A stretch of 64,000 nt of DNA from Cyanobacteria bacterium P01_A01_bin.123 (GTDB lineage Bacteria; Cyanobacteriota; Cyanobacteriia; Phormidesmidales; Phormidesmidaceae): contig JBCBZT010000012.1 of assembly GCA_039815185.1 (NCBI GenBank), forward strand, positions 32,001-96,000, given 5' to 3'. Positions within the stretch are counted from its first letter, which is position 1, and each line of letters starts with the position of its first letter. The position numbers and the translations under genes are program-made. Of the stretch, positions 11,801 through 22,395 are shown one piece after another. The notes under the pieces are model-generated. The model worked only from the letters and a program-made list of their open reading frames with translations, was not told where the DNA came from and searched no databases.

Positions 11801-14800
11801 ATCGCTTCCAACGTTTTGTCTATATCGTCGGCATGGACATAATCCAGAAATCTTGACCCTTCCAACTCGGGTAAGGGATAGCCCAAGGTCTTTTCCCACT
11901 GGTCGTTAAGGCGGAGAAAATAGCCGTCTGTATTGGCAATGCAGTGTAAATCTAACGCTACTGAAAAGAACTGATCGAGCGCTTCTGTTTTGGTTTGTAA
12001 GTCAAGCTGAGCCTGTTTGCGCTCGGTCACATCTCTCACAATGATTAAGGCTTCGTCTGGGCTAATTTTGCCGATTCGCACCTCTTCATACATGAGGCGA
12101 TCGCGTTTTTGGACTTGATGTTCATAAACTTGCAGCGTATCTGTGGCGATCACCTGCCCAATCTTGTCGAGTTGCTGTTGCAATAGCATCGATGGCAGTA
12201 CTTCTGAGATGTGCCGCTCAATGGGGAGGAAATTCCCTGAATGACTATGGGAAACGATGTATTCCAAACAGGTGCCATCTGGCCTGACGCGCAACAGTAA
12301 ATCAGGGATGGCTGCGATCATGGCGTGCATCTGAGCTTCACGGGCGCGGAGTGCAGCGGTGCGTTCTTCGACTTCGGCTTCAAGATCTTGATTGAGCTGC
12401 TCTAGCAGGGTGCTGGTTCGTTGGCGTTCCAACTCGGCGGCGGCGCGAGCGGCAAAGACATGCAGGATTTGTTTTGCGCGTTTCGGGTCTTGGATCGGCT
12501 GCGCGTCAAGGATGCACAGGGTGCCAATGGTTTGACCATGGGTATTGCGTAAGGCAACCCCAAGATAACTCTGTGCCCCCATCTCAGCCAAATCTGCACT
12601 GTCAGGAAATTGCTGCTGCACGGAGTATTCACAATAAAAATGTCCGTCTTGCAATGTCCGTTTACAAGGGGTGATTGCATAAAGATAGGACGGTGTGGGT
12701 TGCAGCGCGCCGTTTGCCGAAAATGCCAAGGCATGAAGTTCTTCGTCCACCTGTTCAGTCACGATGGCGTAAGCAACATTCAAGGTTGCTGTAATGTGGC
12801 TCACCAATGCCGGAAAGAAGTCTTGTCCAGTAGTGGCTGCGGTGCCTTTGATCAGGTTTTGCAGCTGTGCTTCGGCTTTTTTGCGATCGCTGATATCCTG
12901 AACCACTGCTACGGTGTTTAAGAGATTCCCCGCATCATCTCGCATCAGCGAAACCGTGGTGTGTGACCACATTGCCTTACCATCCTTGCGCAGATAGCGT
13001 TTCTCCATAGACAAATGGGAGATCTCACCAGCTATCAACCGGGGGAAATCTGGAATTGCTCGGTCATCGGGATGGGTAATGCCTGCGACTGTGAGTTGCG
13101 TAAGTTCAGTGGGGGTATAGCCTAGCATTTGGCAAAAGCGGGGATTGCCGGCCAGCAGGTTGCCGTCTAAGGTTCCGTGGACAATGCCAACGGCAGCATG
13201 ATCAACAATGCTACGAAACTTATTTTCACTGGCAGTCAGTTGGCGTTCAGCCCGTTTGCGATCGCTCAAGTCAACATCCACACAGTACATTTCCTGCTCA
13301 CCAGCAAGATTGGTCAGCATGATGTGGCTAGAGAAGACTTCAACTTTAGAGCCATCTTTGCGCCTTAAGTTCAATTCGCCCGCCGGAACAGGTTGTCCAC
13401 CGTCCAACCAAGTCTTCACAGCCTCGATTGCCCAAGACTGCATCTCTAGTGGAATAATCAAATCCTCAAGTTGCTGACCAACTGCCTCTGCTTGGCTGTA
13501 GCCATACAATTGCTCACTGGCGTCGTTCCAGTAAATGACCCGGCGGTGACGGTCATAGCCTTGAACGGCAATGTTCGGTGTGGATTCAAACAGGCTGCGG
13601 AACCGCTGTTCGCTTTCCTCCAATGCTGTTTCAGTCTGTTGGCGTTCGGCTTCGAGTTGCTTTCTATCGCTGATGTCTCGAATGATTAAAAGGACTTCAT
13701 CATCGCCACTCTGCACCATTCTGATTTCTTCATTTTGCAGGCGATCGCCGATCTGCACCTGCTGTTCATAGACTTGCAGTTCCCCGGTGGCCAGTGCTTG
13801 ATCCATGTGACGGCAGTGGCGGGCGACGATATCTGCTGGTGCAAAATCTGCCATTGCTAAACCCACCAGATCGATATCTGCGGGGAACAGGTTAATCTCA
13901 GGCTTATTCGACACAAACTCCCGCAAAACGCCGTTGGCCCCCACCCGAAACATCAGATCGGGCATTGCCGCCAGCATCGCTCGGCTTTTCGCTTCGCTTT
14001 GGCGCAGCGCGATTTCAGTTTGTTTGCGTTCAGTGATATCGGTGTTCGTGCCTAACAGTCGTTCTGGGTTACCAGACTCGTCGCAGATCACCTGACCCTG
14101 TGCCAAGACCCAAATGATAGAACCGTCTTTGTGAAGGAGCCGATGCTCAAAGACGTATTCAGGAATTTTCCCATCCAGGTAATCTTGCGTAATGTCTAGG
14201 ATCCAACTGTGATCTTCTGGTGGAATAAATGTATTCCAATGGTCAACGTCGTTGGGGATTTCTGCATCGGTATAGCCTAAAAGAGCCTTAATGTTGGGAT
14301 CAAGATAAAAGCTATTGGTTTGAAAGTTCCATTCCCATACCCCAACTTTGCCGGCACGTGTCGCCAAGCTGTAGCGCTCCTCTGCTATTTGCAGCTTGAG
14401 TTCAGCCTGCTTGCGATCGCTGATATCCGTATGGGTGCCAATCATCCGTAAGGGTTGACCGTCTGCAGCCCACTCGATGACCTTGCCGCGATCGAGTATC
14501 CACCGATAGTTGCCATCTTTGAAGCGGAGTCGATGCTCGTTGTGGTAAACGGCGGTTTCACCGTTGAAATGTCTTTCTAAATCGGCGTAGCATTGGGCTT
14601 TGTCAGCGGGATGAACACGGCTGTCCCATTCTGCCAGCTGATCGCCAATTTCATCTTCGGCATACCCCAACATCACTTTCCATTGTCGGGAGAAGAAAAC
14701 CGTATTGGTCTGAATATTCCAATCCCAGACGCCGTCGCCTGCCCCTTCCAATGCAAATTGCCAGCGGGCTTCACTGGTTTGCAGGGCTGCCTCAGCTTGA

Positions 14801-16137
14801 TGATGTTTGATCGCAACACCGGCGATATCCGCCATCCGCGCCAGGGTCTCTAATTCATGCGGTTGAGGCGATCGCACGTCTGGGTAATACACGGCAAACG
14901 TACCTAATACCCGACCATCACTGGTCATAATCGGGCTCGACCAACAGGCCTGCAACCCATACTGCAACGCAATGTCTTTGTAGTTTCGCCAGAGGGAATC
15001 GTGAGCAATGTCGCTAACAATGATCGTTTCCCGGCGAAAGGCGGCTGTGCCACAAGAGCCTACCCCTTCACCAATAGCGATGCCGTCTGTTGCCTGGTTG
15101 TAACCTGATGGCAAGTTAGGCGCGGCTCCGAGACGAAGTCGATTATCTTTATCTAGCAACAAGATTGAGCAGCCTGCCCCGTAGAGGTTTTGCTCCACCG
15201 AGTCAATCAACGCTCCGAGCACCTCGGACAGGGGCTCGCTGTTGGCAATTCGGGCCAGCAAGGCATTTTTGACTTCCAGTTGAGCTTCAGTAAATTTGCG
15301 ATCGCTAATGTCGGTTACAGTGCCTAAATAGCCCACTATGTGCCCGTTGCTGTCTTGTTCAGCAACAGACTGTCCATAAACCCACACGACTGTACCGTCA
15401 GGATGCTGAAAGCGATATTCAAGTTCAAAGGCGCGGTTTTCTCGGGCGGATTGCTCCCATTCAGCCGCGATTCGGCTGCGATCGTCAGGGTGTAGCCCTT
15501 GCTGCCATCCCTGCCCCATCGAAACGTCTGGGGTGAGTCCAGTGATTTGGCAGTAGCGATCGTTAACATAAATGCAATTGCCAACCGCATCAGTCCGAAA
15601 AATACCCACAGGAGCTGCGGCGAGGGCAGCATGGCACTGTTCGCTGACCCGTTCACATAGCGCTAAGGGGTTAAAAGCTTGCTGTAAACTTTCACAAGAC
15701 ACCAACCCGACTAACTGATCTTGTGGGTTCAAGATAGGTAAATGGCGAATCTGGTGCTGCTGGAGCAGATTGATGGCATCTGATATATCTGTAAACTCAG
15801 ACTCGCGCAGAGTCATGACGGGGGATGCCATCACATGGCCTATAGATATATCGTCAAAGGATTGTCGCTGGGCACTCAGGCGTACAATGTCTCGCTCCGT
15901 TAGCATGCCGACGATTTGCTGCCCACCGTCTACCACCACCACACAACTTGACCGCGCCTCTCGGTGGAGGTCATTTAGCGGTTCGTCAGTTGGTGGTGGG
16001 GTATCGCCGTGTGAGGGCTGATCGCTCATTCGGGCGATCGCATCCATCACCGTCATATCGGGTGAAACGACTAGCGGATCCCGAATGATTGCAGACGTCA
16101 ATTCTGATCGGGTAAATGACTTGGCATGAAGAGTCAC
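8851..16137 (-). CDS. Giant hybrid histidine kinase (CBS pair-PAS-GAF-many PAS-GAF-PAS-HisKA-HATPase-REC-REC-Hpt)
   Basis: CBS motifs GMLTERDIV and IRHLPI; repeated PAS/PAC ends (DISDRK); H-box [11 protein letters not shown]; two REC domains; Hpt AHGIKG; 2428 aa. Confidence 0.93.
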   Translation of the reverse strand: MTLHAKSFTRSELTSAIIRDPLVVSPDMTVMDAIARMSDQPSHGDTPPPTDEPLNDLHREARSSCVVVVDGGQQIVGMLTERDIVRLSAQRQSFDDISIGHVMASPVMTLRESEFTDISDAINLLQQHQIRHLPILNPQDQLVGLVSCESLQQAFNPLALCERVSEQCHAALAAAPVGIFRTDAVGNCIYVNDRYCQITGLTPDVSMGQGWQQGLHPDDRSRIAAEWEQSARENRAFELEYRFQHPDGTVVWVYGQSVAEQDSNGHIVGYLGTVTDISDRKFTEAQLEVKNALLARIANSEPLSEVLGALIDSVEQNLYGAGCSILLLDKDNRLRLGAAPNLPSGYNQATDGIAIGEGVGSCGTAAFRRETIIVSDIAHDSLWRNYKDIALQYGLQACWSSPIMTSDGRVLGTFAVYYPDVRSPQPHELETLARMADIAGVAIKHHQAEAALQTSEARWQFALEGAGDGVWDWNIQTNTVFFSRQWKVMLGYAEDEIGDQLAEWDSRVHPADKAQCYADLERHFNGETAVYHNEHRLRFKDGNYRWILDRGKVIEWAADGQPLRMIGTHTDISDRKQAELKLQIAEERYSLATRAGKVGVWEWNFQTNSFYLDPNIKALLGYTDAEIPNDVDHWNTFIPPEDHSWILDITQDYLDGKIPEYVFEHRLLHKDGSIIWVLAQGQVICDESGNPERLLGTNTDITERKQTEIALRQSEAKSRAMLAAMPDLMFRVGANGVLREFVSNKPEINLFPADIDLVGLAMADFAPADIVARHCRHMDQALATGELQVYEQQVQIGDRLQNEEIRMVQSGDDEVLLIIRDISDRKQLEAERQQTETALEESEQRFRSLFESTPNIAVQGYDRHRRVIYWNDASEQLYGYSQAEAVGQQLEDLIIPLEMQSWAIEAVKTWLDGGQPVPAGELNLRRKDGSKVEVFSSHIMLTNLAGEQEMYCVDVDLSDRKRAERQLTASENKFRSIVDHAAVGIVHGTLDGNLLAGNPRFCQMLGYTPTELTQLTVAGITHPDDRAIPDFPRLIAGEISHLSMEKRYLRKDGKAMWSHTTVSLMRDDAGNLLNTVAVVQDISDRKKAEAQLQNLIKGTAATTGQDFFPALVSHITATLNVAYAIVTEQVDEELHALAFSANGALQPTPSYLYAITPCKRTLQDGHFYCEYSVQQQFPDSADLAEMGAQSYLGVALRNTHGQTIGTLCILDAQPIQDPKRAKQILHVFAARAAAELERQRTSTLLEQLNQDLEAEVEERTAALRAREAQMHAMIAAIPDLLLRVRPDGTCLEYIVSHSHSGNFLPIERHISEVLPSMLLQQQLDKIGQVIATDTLQVYEHQVQKRDRLMYEEVRIGKISPDEALIIVRDVTERKQAQLDLQTKTEALDQFFSVALDLHCIANTDGYFLRLNDQWEKTLGYPLPELEGSRFLDYVHADDIDKTLEAIAQLEAGEKILNFTNRYRCSDGSTRWLEWRAAPSDHLVYAAARDITERKQAEAHLREVSDRLNLAVESAGIGIWDWDITQNLITWDAQMYDLYGFTQDQFLNVYEAWINSLHPDDRAAAEITSQQARNGDKAYDTEFRILQPDGTIRFIKANAIVQRNANGEAQRMIGINYDITKLKEAEVAMGRQLATLEAAIDGIAILQGDTFLYANRAHLTLFGYEHPEDLLGKSWQRLYSSEELARFRHEILPLVERDRAWQGEAVATRKDGSTFAEGLSLSLTEDSYLICVCRDISDRKRAELELQQAKEAAEAAALAKGEFLAHMSHEIRTPMNGVIGMLGLLQDTDLNPTQRLQIDIAHSSAESLLTLIKDILDFSKVDANKLELEILAFDLRQQLGDFANAMALKAQQKGLELVLDLRGIEQSSVKGDPGRLRQIFTNLVSNAVKFTEQGEIVIQCFLEAVEDGLLFTGSVRDTGIGIPQHKLAGLFEPFTQVDASTTRKYGGTGLGLAITKRLCTLMGGNIRVHSEVGQGSKFEFTAMLQPSDPLQQDLPQADIRGLTLLVVDDNATNRDVLRDQLERWGAKVVEAPDGPSALALCEAQVQHHTTTQPPFDMALLDMQMPNMDGLELSQRLKADRRFQSMSLVMMTAIDLCEHYVHGDSDDVRCFTDLGFSAYFTKPVTPSDLFDALVVASGSRTVQQNGATLEVPHNGQHRPKTLTAHRWPAQTRLLLVEDNRVNQMVVRSLLKRLGLAVDVAINGLEALHLLEAAPQNQAYTLVFMDCQMPELDGYEASRQIREGIASDRNRDITIIAMTANAMKGDKEKCLEAGMNDYLAKPIDPKALSEMLQKWLLRQGDQPQAAFGNPAARHKTVPIFDPVALLDYFSGDKELAVQICQFFLEDTPSDIQAMQAYLTAGDVLNVTYKAHGIKGTAANVGGEVLRAVAFEMEKAAKAGDIDLLWRYMPDIETQFARLKVAIENWLSEHQK

Positions 16138-16285
16138 AATCTAGTACGAGAGAGGGGTTTTTGGGTTGCCTTAAGTATAGGCAAGTCTCCGACAAGACAA
16201 GAGCCTTTAGATACCTAGATAATCGCATCTTAATCCAGTCCTAAAATTCCTGTAATCCAGAAGGACTCCTTTTACCTCCTCTCGT

Positions 16286-17248
16286 TCAAGGTGCAAACTC
16301 ATAGGACGTAATTGTGAGTTGACAGCTTTCGGTTTCATTGACGCTGCGCTTGATGTCATTAACCCGGCGAAATCCTTCTGGCCCGTCAGCGTTGAGGCTG
16401 TCGTTGAAACTGCGCGCAAAGGAAACAATGCACGGATCGTCACTTTTCATCAGGGGAATGAGCGTTTCCTTGGCCGTTTGAATGTCCCAAGCTGGAATCG
16501 CTGCGTGCAGATCAGCCCACTGGATTTGCTCGGTAGCAGACAATTGTACTGGCGGAGTGGCCCGAAACACCCTAGCTAACATCAAAAAACCCCCTAAAAC
16601 AATCCCTGCACCAATCAGTGCGCCGCATCCAGCTTCAAAACTAATCGCCGATGCTGGGCGTTGACGTCGCCTATTTTCTAGCAAGGGTGGTGCTGGATTT
16701 CCCAGGGGCATTAGGGAGTCGTGGGTCGGTAGCGGGCTGGACTCAGGGAGATTGGATGCAAGTGCTACCCCTTCTGCTTCAGGCAGATCTGCATGAGGGT
16801 CATCGGCATCTCGGGGGCTCGGGGGCATCTGGGCATAGAATTCAATCACGTCTGCCATCCGATCGACAAACCAGATCTGAATGCCGGTTTCTTTCAGCTT
16901 GGCAGCAGCGGCCCAGGCGTCTTCTTGGTTTGATTTGGGGGTCAGACCGGCAATGATCGGCTGTAGCTTGGGATAGTGTTGACGGTAGACCCACAGTTGC
17001 CCAGCTGCACTGTGGAGGGCATTGCGGCTGAGATAGCGCTTACATTCAATCAGGTATAAGGACGTCAGCAAATCAATGCGTCCCCCGTTTTCGCAAGGGA
17101 CTTCCCGGTGGACAGTGTGTCCCTTACTTTCCAAGAAGATCATCAAGAACCGCTGCAGAGCGTCCTCATTGACAAAACCCATTGTGGGCGGTTCGGGAAC
17201 GGAAAATTCTGGGATTGGGGGAGGGGAATCAGTCACGGTAGCGTCCAA
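16286..17248 (-). CDS. Hypothetical protein: N-terminal PD-(D/E)XK nuclease-like domain, Pro-rich linker, one TM helix, C-terminal domain
   Basis: E..LQ...REVP....GRIDLL...IECK...AGQL.VY pattern; hydrophobic stretch ALIGAGIVLGGFLMLA. Confidence 0.65.
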   Translation of the reverse strand: MDATVTDSPPPIPEFSVPEPPTMGFVNEDALQRFLMIFLESKGHTVHREVPCENGGRIDLLTSLYLIECKRYLSRNALHSAAGQLWVYRQHYPKLQPIIAGLTPKSNQEDAWAAAAKLKETGIQIWFVDRMADVIEFYAQMPPSPRDADDPHADLPEAEGVALASNLPESSPLPTHDSLMPLGNPAPPLLENRRRQRPASAISFEAGCGALIGAGIVLGGFLMLARVFRATPPVQLSATEQIQWADLHAAIPAWDIQTAKETLIPLMKSDDPCIVSFARSFNDSLNADGPEGFRRVNDIKRSVNETESCQLTITSYEFAP

Positions 17249-17289
17249 CCAACACAGGGTAATAGAGTAGCGAATCTAGGGTCTGGCTG

Positions 17290-18324
17290 CTAGGCTTTTT
17301 GCTCAAATCCTTGCAGTACGTTGGCAACATTGAGTCCAAGGGCATCTACCGCATAGCCCCCTTCCATGACAAACAGGGTGGGATATTGCAACCCCGCGAT
17401 CGCGCCACCCAGGCTCACAAAATCATGGCTTTGCAGGCGAAACCGAGCAATGGGATCACCCCCAAACGTATCCACCCCCAGGGAAACGACTAGCGCCTCA
17501 GGGGCAAAGTGCTTAATCTGCTGACAGGCGGCGGCAAGAACCTCGGCATACCTGATCCAGTCAGTCCCCCAGCGGAGGGGATAGTTGTGGGTGTAGCCCG
17601 CCCCAGCCCCGCTGCCCCGCTCATCGGCATAACCTGAAAAGTACGGATAATCCTGGCTAGGGTCGGCATGGATAGAGACGAACAACACGTCCGAGCGATC
17701 GTAAAAGATGGCCTGGGTGCCGTTGCCATGGTGGTAGTCAACGTCCAACACAGCCACCCGTTCAGCCCCGGCATCGAGAAAGGCTTGGGCGGCGATCGCA
17801 GCATTATTGAAAAAACAGTAGCCGCCCAAGAAATCGACCCCGGCATGGTGCCCTGGCGGACGACAAAGGGCAAAGGCTGCCGACTCCCCGGCCTGGATAT
17901 ACTGCTGTCCTGTCAAAGCCACATTGGCAGCGGCGGTGATGGCTTGCCAAGTGCCCGCCGTTATCGGTGTGCCCGCATCAAAGGAGTAGTAGCTCAGCTT
18001 GCCATCGATGACTTCTGGAACGCGATCGCTGCGCATGGTGCGAATCGCCCAGTTGAGCGGCAGCGCATCACAGTTGCCATGTTCAGCCACCCACTCAGTC
18101 CAGGCCGTTTCTAAAAAAGCGACATAGCCCGGATCATGCACCCGCAATACAGGCTCTAAGCCGGAGGGTTCAGGGGATACGACCCGCCCCAGGCCAGCAG
18201 CTTGAATCCTTGCCAATACCATCTCTGCCCGCTGGGGGGTTTCAACAGGTGGCCTGAGCTGGCCGTCAATCAATTCAGCACGAGCGCTTTGGCCATAGTG
18301 TTGGTTGCTATAAACCGTGATCAT
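17290..18324 (-). CDS. Histone deacetylase family protein (acetylpolyamine amidohydrolase-like)
   Basis: RPPGHHA, GGYCFFNNAA, DVDYHHGNGTQ and MEGGY motifs. Confidence 0.92.
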   Translation of the reverse strand: MITVYSNQHYGQSARAELIDGQLRPPVETPQRAEMVLARIQAAGLGRVVSPEPSGLEPVLRVHDPGYVAFLETAWTEWVAEHGNCDALPLNWAIRTMRSDRVPEVIDGKLSYYSFDAGTPITAGTWQAITAAANVALTGQQYIQAGESAAFALCRPPGHHAGVDFLGGYCFFNNAAIAAQAFLDAGAERVAVLDVDYHHGNGTQAIFYDRSDVLFVSIHADPSQDYPYFSGYADERGSGAGAGYTHNYPLRWGTDWIRYAEVLAAACQQIKHFAPEALVVSLGVDTFGGDPIARFRLQSHDFVSLGGAIAGLQYPTLFVMEGGYAVDALGLNVANVLQGFEQKA

Positions 18325-18351
18325 TCCCCTCGTTATCTAGTCATTATGTAT

Positions 18352-19419
18352 CTAGTCATCATCTGCGGGCATGTCATCCACTTCAATGTCGTCATCTTCA
18401 GCAACGGTTGCAGGCATGCCATTAATCTGCAGTTTCTCTCGCACGAGACGATTCACCGTTTCGACCACTTCAGGATGGTCTTGTAAATATTGGATGGTGT
18501 TGTCTCGCCCTTGACCCACGTTGCTACCCTCGTAGCTGTACCAGGCTCCCTTGCGCATAATCACGCCGTTGGTTTCGGCCAAGTCTAGCAGACAGCCAAT
18601 GCTAGAGATGCCCTGGCCAAAGAGAATATCAAATTCGGCAATCCGAAAAGGAGGCGCGACTTTATTTTTAGCCACTTTTACTTTGGCTCGAATGCCGTAT
18701 TCTTCGCTGCCTTTTTTCAAGGTTTGAATCCGACGAATGTCAAGCCGCACTGAGGCATAAAACTTGAGGGCATTACCGCCAGTGGTGGTTTCAGGGTTGC
18801 CATACATCACCCCAATTTTGAGCCGCAGTTGGTTGAGAAAGACTACCGTGCATTGAGACTTGCCAATATTGCCCGTGATTTTGCGCAGGGCTTGGCTCAT
18901 CAGCCTTGCCTGCAGCCCCATATGGGAATCTCCCATTTCCCCTTCAATTTCGGCGCGGGGGGTGAGGGCGGCCACAGAGTCGATCACAATGATGTCAATG
19001 GCGGAGGAACGGACGAGCTGATCGACGATCTCCAGCCCCATTTCTCCGGTGTCAGGTTGGGAAACCAGCAAATTATCGATATCGACTCCCAAAGCTTCTG
19101 CATAAACGGGGTCGAGGGCGTGTTCAGCATCGACGAAGGCTGCCGTGCCGCCAGCCTTTTGCACCTCTGCCACAGCGTGGAGGGCAACTGTGGTTTTACC
19201 CGAGCTCTCTGGGCCATAAATTTCGATGACTCGACCTTTTGGCAACCCACCCCCTAAGGCCAAATCCAGCGTCAGTGCCCCAGTGGGGATAGTGGCCACC
19301 TGCATGCGATTAGCTTCGCCCAAACGCATGATCGATCCCTTACCAAAATTACGCTCGATTTGGCCGAGCACCATTTTTAGGGCTTTCTGCTTTTCAGAGG
19401 TGTCGTTTGCCGTTGCCAT
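18352..19419 (-). CDS. recA: Recombinase RecA
   Basis: GPESSGKTT and [17 protein letters not shown]; full-length RecA. Confidence 0.99.
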   Translation of the reverse strand: MATANDTSEKQKALKMVLGQIERNFGKGSIMRLGEANRMQVATIPTGALTLDLALGGGLPKGRVIEIYGPESSGKTTVALHAVAEVQKAGGTAAFVDAEHALDPVYAEALGVDIDNLLVSQPDTGEMGLEIVDQLVRSSAIDIIVIDSVAALTPRAEIEGEMGDSHMGLQARLMSQALRKITGNIGKSQCTVVFLNQLRLKIGVMYGNPETTTGGNALKFYASVRLDIRRIQTLKKGSEEYGIRAKVKVAKNKVAPPFRIAEFDILFGQGISSIGCLLDLAETNGVIMRKGAWYSYEGSNVGQGRDNTIQYLQDHPEVVETVNRLVREKLQINGMPATVAEDDDIEVDDMPADDD

Positions 19420-19474
19420 AGCTACCTCAACATAAATAGAGTGTATTGTTTCAAGGTCATCTGCTAGACTAATA

Positions 19475-19490
19475 TAGTACCTCTGAACTA
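19475..19490. promoter_or_regulatory. Putative cyanobacterial LexA (SOS) box upstream of recA
   Basis: Imperfect palindrome TAGTAC-CTCT-GAACTA resembling the AGTAC-N4-GTACT cyanobacterial LexA motif. It abuts a minus-strand TATATT -10-like element at 19471-19476. Confidence 0.65.
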
Positions 19491-19644
19491 ATCATATTGA
19501 TCAAGCAATTTTGTTAAATCTTTCCGACTGTCCTTATTTGGGTTGTTACTCGGTGAAGTGAATGACAGTTGATTTGCATGTGTCTGATGAACTCACGCTG
19601 TGAACACCCTGCTCTGAGGTACGACAAAGTTGGAGAATTGATGT

Positions 19645-19860
19645 ATGGATAGACTTGCCGATATTGTCGTATTCCCGGGGTGGATTGTGGCTGCCAGCGA
19701 TCGCTCGGAAGGTGGCTATCGCTGCTGGGTGGTGACGCCAGAACTTAAGGTGCTCGATGATGGAGAGACCTATGCCTCGAGTGAAGCAGCGATGGATGCG
19801 GGGCGTTATTTGGTGGAGCTTTCTTTAGAGCTTGAGTTCGGCAACGACAGTAACCCGTGA
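19645..19860 (+). CDS. Small hypothetical protein
   Basis: 71-aa ORF with a GGAG SD-like element upstream; protein-like composition. Confidence 0.65.
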   Translation: MDRLADIVVFPGWIVAASDRSEGGYRCWVVTPELKVLDDGETYASSEAAMDAGRYLVELSLELEFGNDSNP

Positions 19861-20158
19861 TTCTAGGCGCTGTCACCAATGCGGTGTCCCTTGGGTGAAA
19901 CGTTAGTCAGGCTTGGGATGGCGATATCTTAACGGTCTGCCGCTGCCAATGTTAAGACTGGGGATCCAAAAAAATGGCACGATGTTGATCACAGTCCAGA
20001 GGATACATCCGGGTATCCTAAATATGCTGGAATCCAGCACAGTCAGGGTGTAGTCATTCCTCAATTAAATCCTAGATTTTTCACGCCATCATAATTTCTA
20101 TGGTGCCTGATCGCGATTGCTGAGGACTGCCGTTGTGACCCCCCCTATCCTGCTTAAC

Positions 20159-21187
20159 ATGGAGAGCACTGACCCTTGCTGGGTTCAGGATTCAGCAAAC
20201 ATGATCGACGATGATGCCCTCGAAACCCGGTTTTCTACCCTCGATGACGCTGAGGGAGAAACCGCTGTATCTCCTGATGCAAATCGCCGATCGGGCGGCT
20301 GGCGCTGTGTCCGGACTCTAACTGGCCATGACAGTTGGGTGCGGTCAGTCGCAATCAACCCCCAAGGACGAATCCTCGCCAGCGGTAGCGGCGACAAAAC
20401 TATTCGCTTGTGGAACTTCCCCACCGGAGAACTACGCCAGGTATTGACTGGGCACACCGCCTGGATTCGCTCAGTAGCCTTTAGTCCAGATGGTAGCATC
20501 CTAGCCAGCGTCAGCAACGACAACACCATACGCCTGTGGGATGCCCGCCTGGGCACGCCTAAAGCTGTGTTGAACGGTCATCAAGACTGGATCCGTTGTG
20601 TCACCTTTAGCCGGTCAGGCCAGCATGTGTTGACCGGCAGTCAAGACAATACGGTCAAAGTCTGGCGCACCGATTCGGGCAAGCTGGTGAAAACGATTGG
20701 GGATGCGAATCACTGGGTTAGGGCGATCGCGCTAAGTAAAGACGGCAAAACCCTAATTACCGGCTGCCAAGATCAAGTGGTGCGGCTCCACGCCATTAAA
20801 CCCGGCGGCTATGACCACTGCTTGCAAGGTCACGAGGCGGAAGTGCAGTCTGTGGCGGTCAGTCCCAATGGCTGGTTGTTGGCCAGTGCCAGCAGCGACA
20901 ACACCGTAATTTTTTGGAAGCTCAATAGCGGTCGGCTAATCACCCGGTTCAAAGCCCATCCAGGTGCCGTCAACTGCGTCAAATTTAGCCCTGATGGCCA
21001 GCTTTTAGCAACCGCCAGTGCCGACCATACCGTGCGCCTTTGGCACATCGACAGCGGTAAATTGGTTGGCATGTTGGAAGGGCATTCGGGTTGGGTGTGG
21101 TCGACCGCCTTTGCGCCTGATAGCCGCACGCTAGTCAGCGGTGATTGGAACGGTCAGGTTAAACTTTGGCAGCGATCGCGTCCTTGA
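20159..21187 (+). CDS. WD40 repeat protein (about 7 blades)
   Basis: Repeated GH..WVRSVA.SPDG..LAS.S.D.TIRLW units. Start is uncertain (20117, 20159 or 20201). Confidence 0.93.
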   Translation: MESTDPCWVQDSANMIDDDALETRFSTLDDAEGETAVSPDANRRSGGWRCVRTLTGHDSWVRSVAINPQGRILASGSGDKTIRLWNFPTGELRQVLTGHTAWIRSVAFSPDGSILASVSNDNTIRLWDARLGTPKAVLNGHQDWIRCVTFSRSGQHVLTGSQDNTVKVWRTDSGKLVKTIGDANHWVRAIALSKDGKTLITGCQDQVVRLHAIKPGGYDHCLQGHEAEVQSVAVSPNGWLLASASSDNTVIFWKLNSGRLITRFKAHPGAVNCVKFSPDGQLLATASADHTVRLWHIDSGKLVGMLEGHSGWVWSTAFAPDSRTLVSGDWNGQVKLWQRSRP

Positions 21188-22220
21188 TATCCGCCACCAA
21201 TTGATTGATACGATCGCGAGTCGAACTCCACGAGCACATCAGCCGTACCCCCCCGACGCCAATAAACGTATAAAATCGCCAGCCTTTTTGACGCAGGGCT
21301 GCGATCGCGACTTCTGGCAGCGTTACAAATACCGCATTGGCCTGTCGAGGAAACATCAATTCCACGCCAGGGATTTCCAACAATTGCTGCGCCAGATAGG
21401 CAGCACAGTCATTGGCGTATCGAGCATTGCGCAACCACGCCCCAGTTTCCAACAGACCCAGCAACGGTGCTGCAATAAACCGCATCTTGGATGCCAGTTG
21501 CCCCGCTTGCTTGCAGCGATAGGCAAAATCCTCAGCCAAACTGCGGTCAAAAAATAAGATGGCTTCCCCCAGGGCCATGCCGTTTTTAGTACCGCCAAAA
21601 CATAGGACATCAACGCCTTGTTGCCAGGTCAGTGCTGCCGGACTGTGACCAGACGCCGCCACCGCATTGGCAAAACGGGCTCCATCCATGTGAATTTTGA
21701 GCTGGTAGCGATCAGCGATCGCTCGAATCGCCCCTAACTCCGCTAGGCTATAGCGGGTGCCTAACTCGGTCGATTGGGTTAAACTCACCACCTTAGGTTT
21801 GGGATAGTGGATATCCCCCCGCTTGGTGACAACTGCCTCAATTGCCTCGGGCGTCAGCTTACCCAAGGGGCCACTCCCCAACAGCAACTTAGAGCCATTC
21901 GAGAAAAATTCTGGTGCGCCACATTCATCGGTTTCAATATGGGCCAGTTCGTGGCAAATGATACTGTGATACGACTGGCACAGTGACGCCAGCGCCAGGG
22001 AATTGGCAGCCGTGCCGTTAAAGACAAAAAATACCTCACAGTCGGTTTCAAACACATCGCGAAAATAGTCCGCTGCCCGCTGAGTCCACTCGTCGTCACC
22101 GTAGGCTGGAGCCATCCCATGATTGGCGCGAACCAGATAATCCATGGCTTCAGGGCAAAGGCCGGAATAATTATCGCTAGCGAATTGTTCGTTCATCATA
22201 AATTTGCCGTCGCGTTCCAT
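21159..22220 (-). CDS. ltaE: Low-specificity L-threonine aldolase
   Basis: FASDN, FNGTAAN, HMDGARFANA and FGGTKNG (PLP lysine) motifs. Confidence 0.9.
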   Translation of the reverse strand: MERDGKFMMNEQFASDNYSGLCPEAMDYLVRANHGMAPAYGDDEWTQRAADYFRDVFETDCEVFFVFNGTAANSLALASLCQSYHSIICHELAHIETDECGAPEFFSNGSKLLLGSGPLGKLTPEAIEAVVTKRGDIHYPKPKVVSLTQSTELGTRYSLAELGAIRAIADRYQLKIHMDGARFANAVAASGHSPAALTWQQGVDVLCFGGTKNGMALGEAILFFDRSLAEDFAYRCKQAGQLASKMRFIAAPLLGLLETGAWLRNARYANDCAAYLAQQLLEIPGVELMFPRQANAVFVTLPEVAIAALRQKGWRFYTFIGVGGVRLMCSWSSTRDRINQLVADIKDAIAAKV

Positions 22221-22395
22221 TGGATACCTGTTTCCCGAATTTTAGGGGCAAAGTGGCGGGGGTCGAGTCTGGCCCGATCCATTTTCTGGCGCGTATCTGG
22301 TCAGGCTCGTTAGATTAAGATGGAAGATCGCCGCCCAATCTTTTTATCCCCCGCCTTTATTGTCGGGTGCATTGACCTGTCTACCGCGAGTTCCC

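Noticed and set aside
3293..16137. Diversity-generating retroelement or cyanobacteriochrome photoreceptors in the kinase cluster
   Set aside because: There is no reverse transcriptase and no adenine-specific template/variable repeat pair that I could see. The GAF domains lack recognisable bilin-binding motifs.
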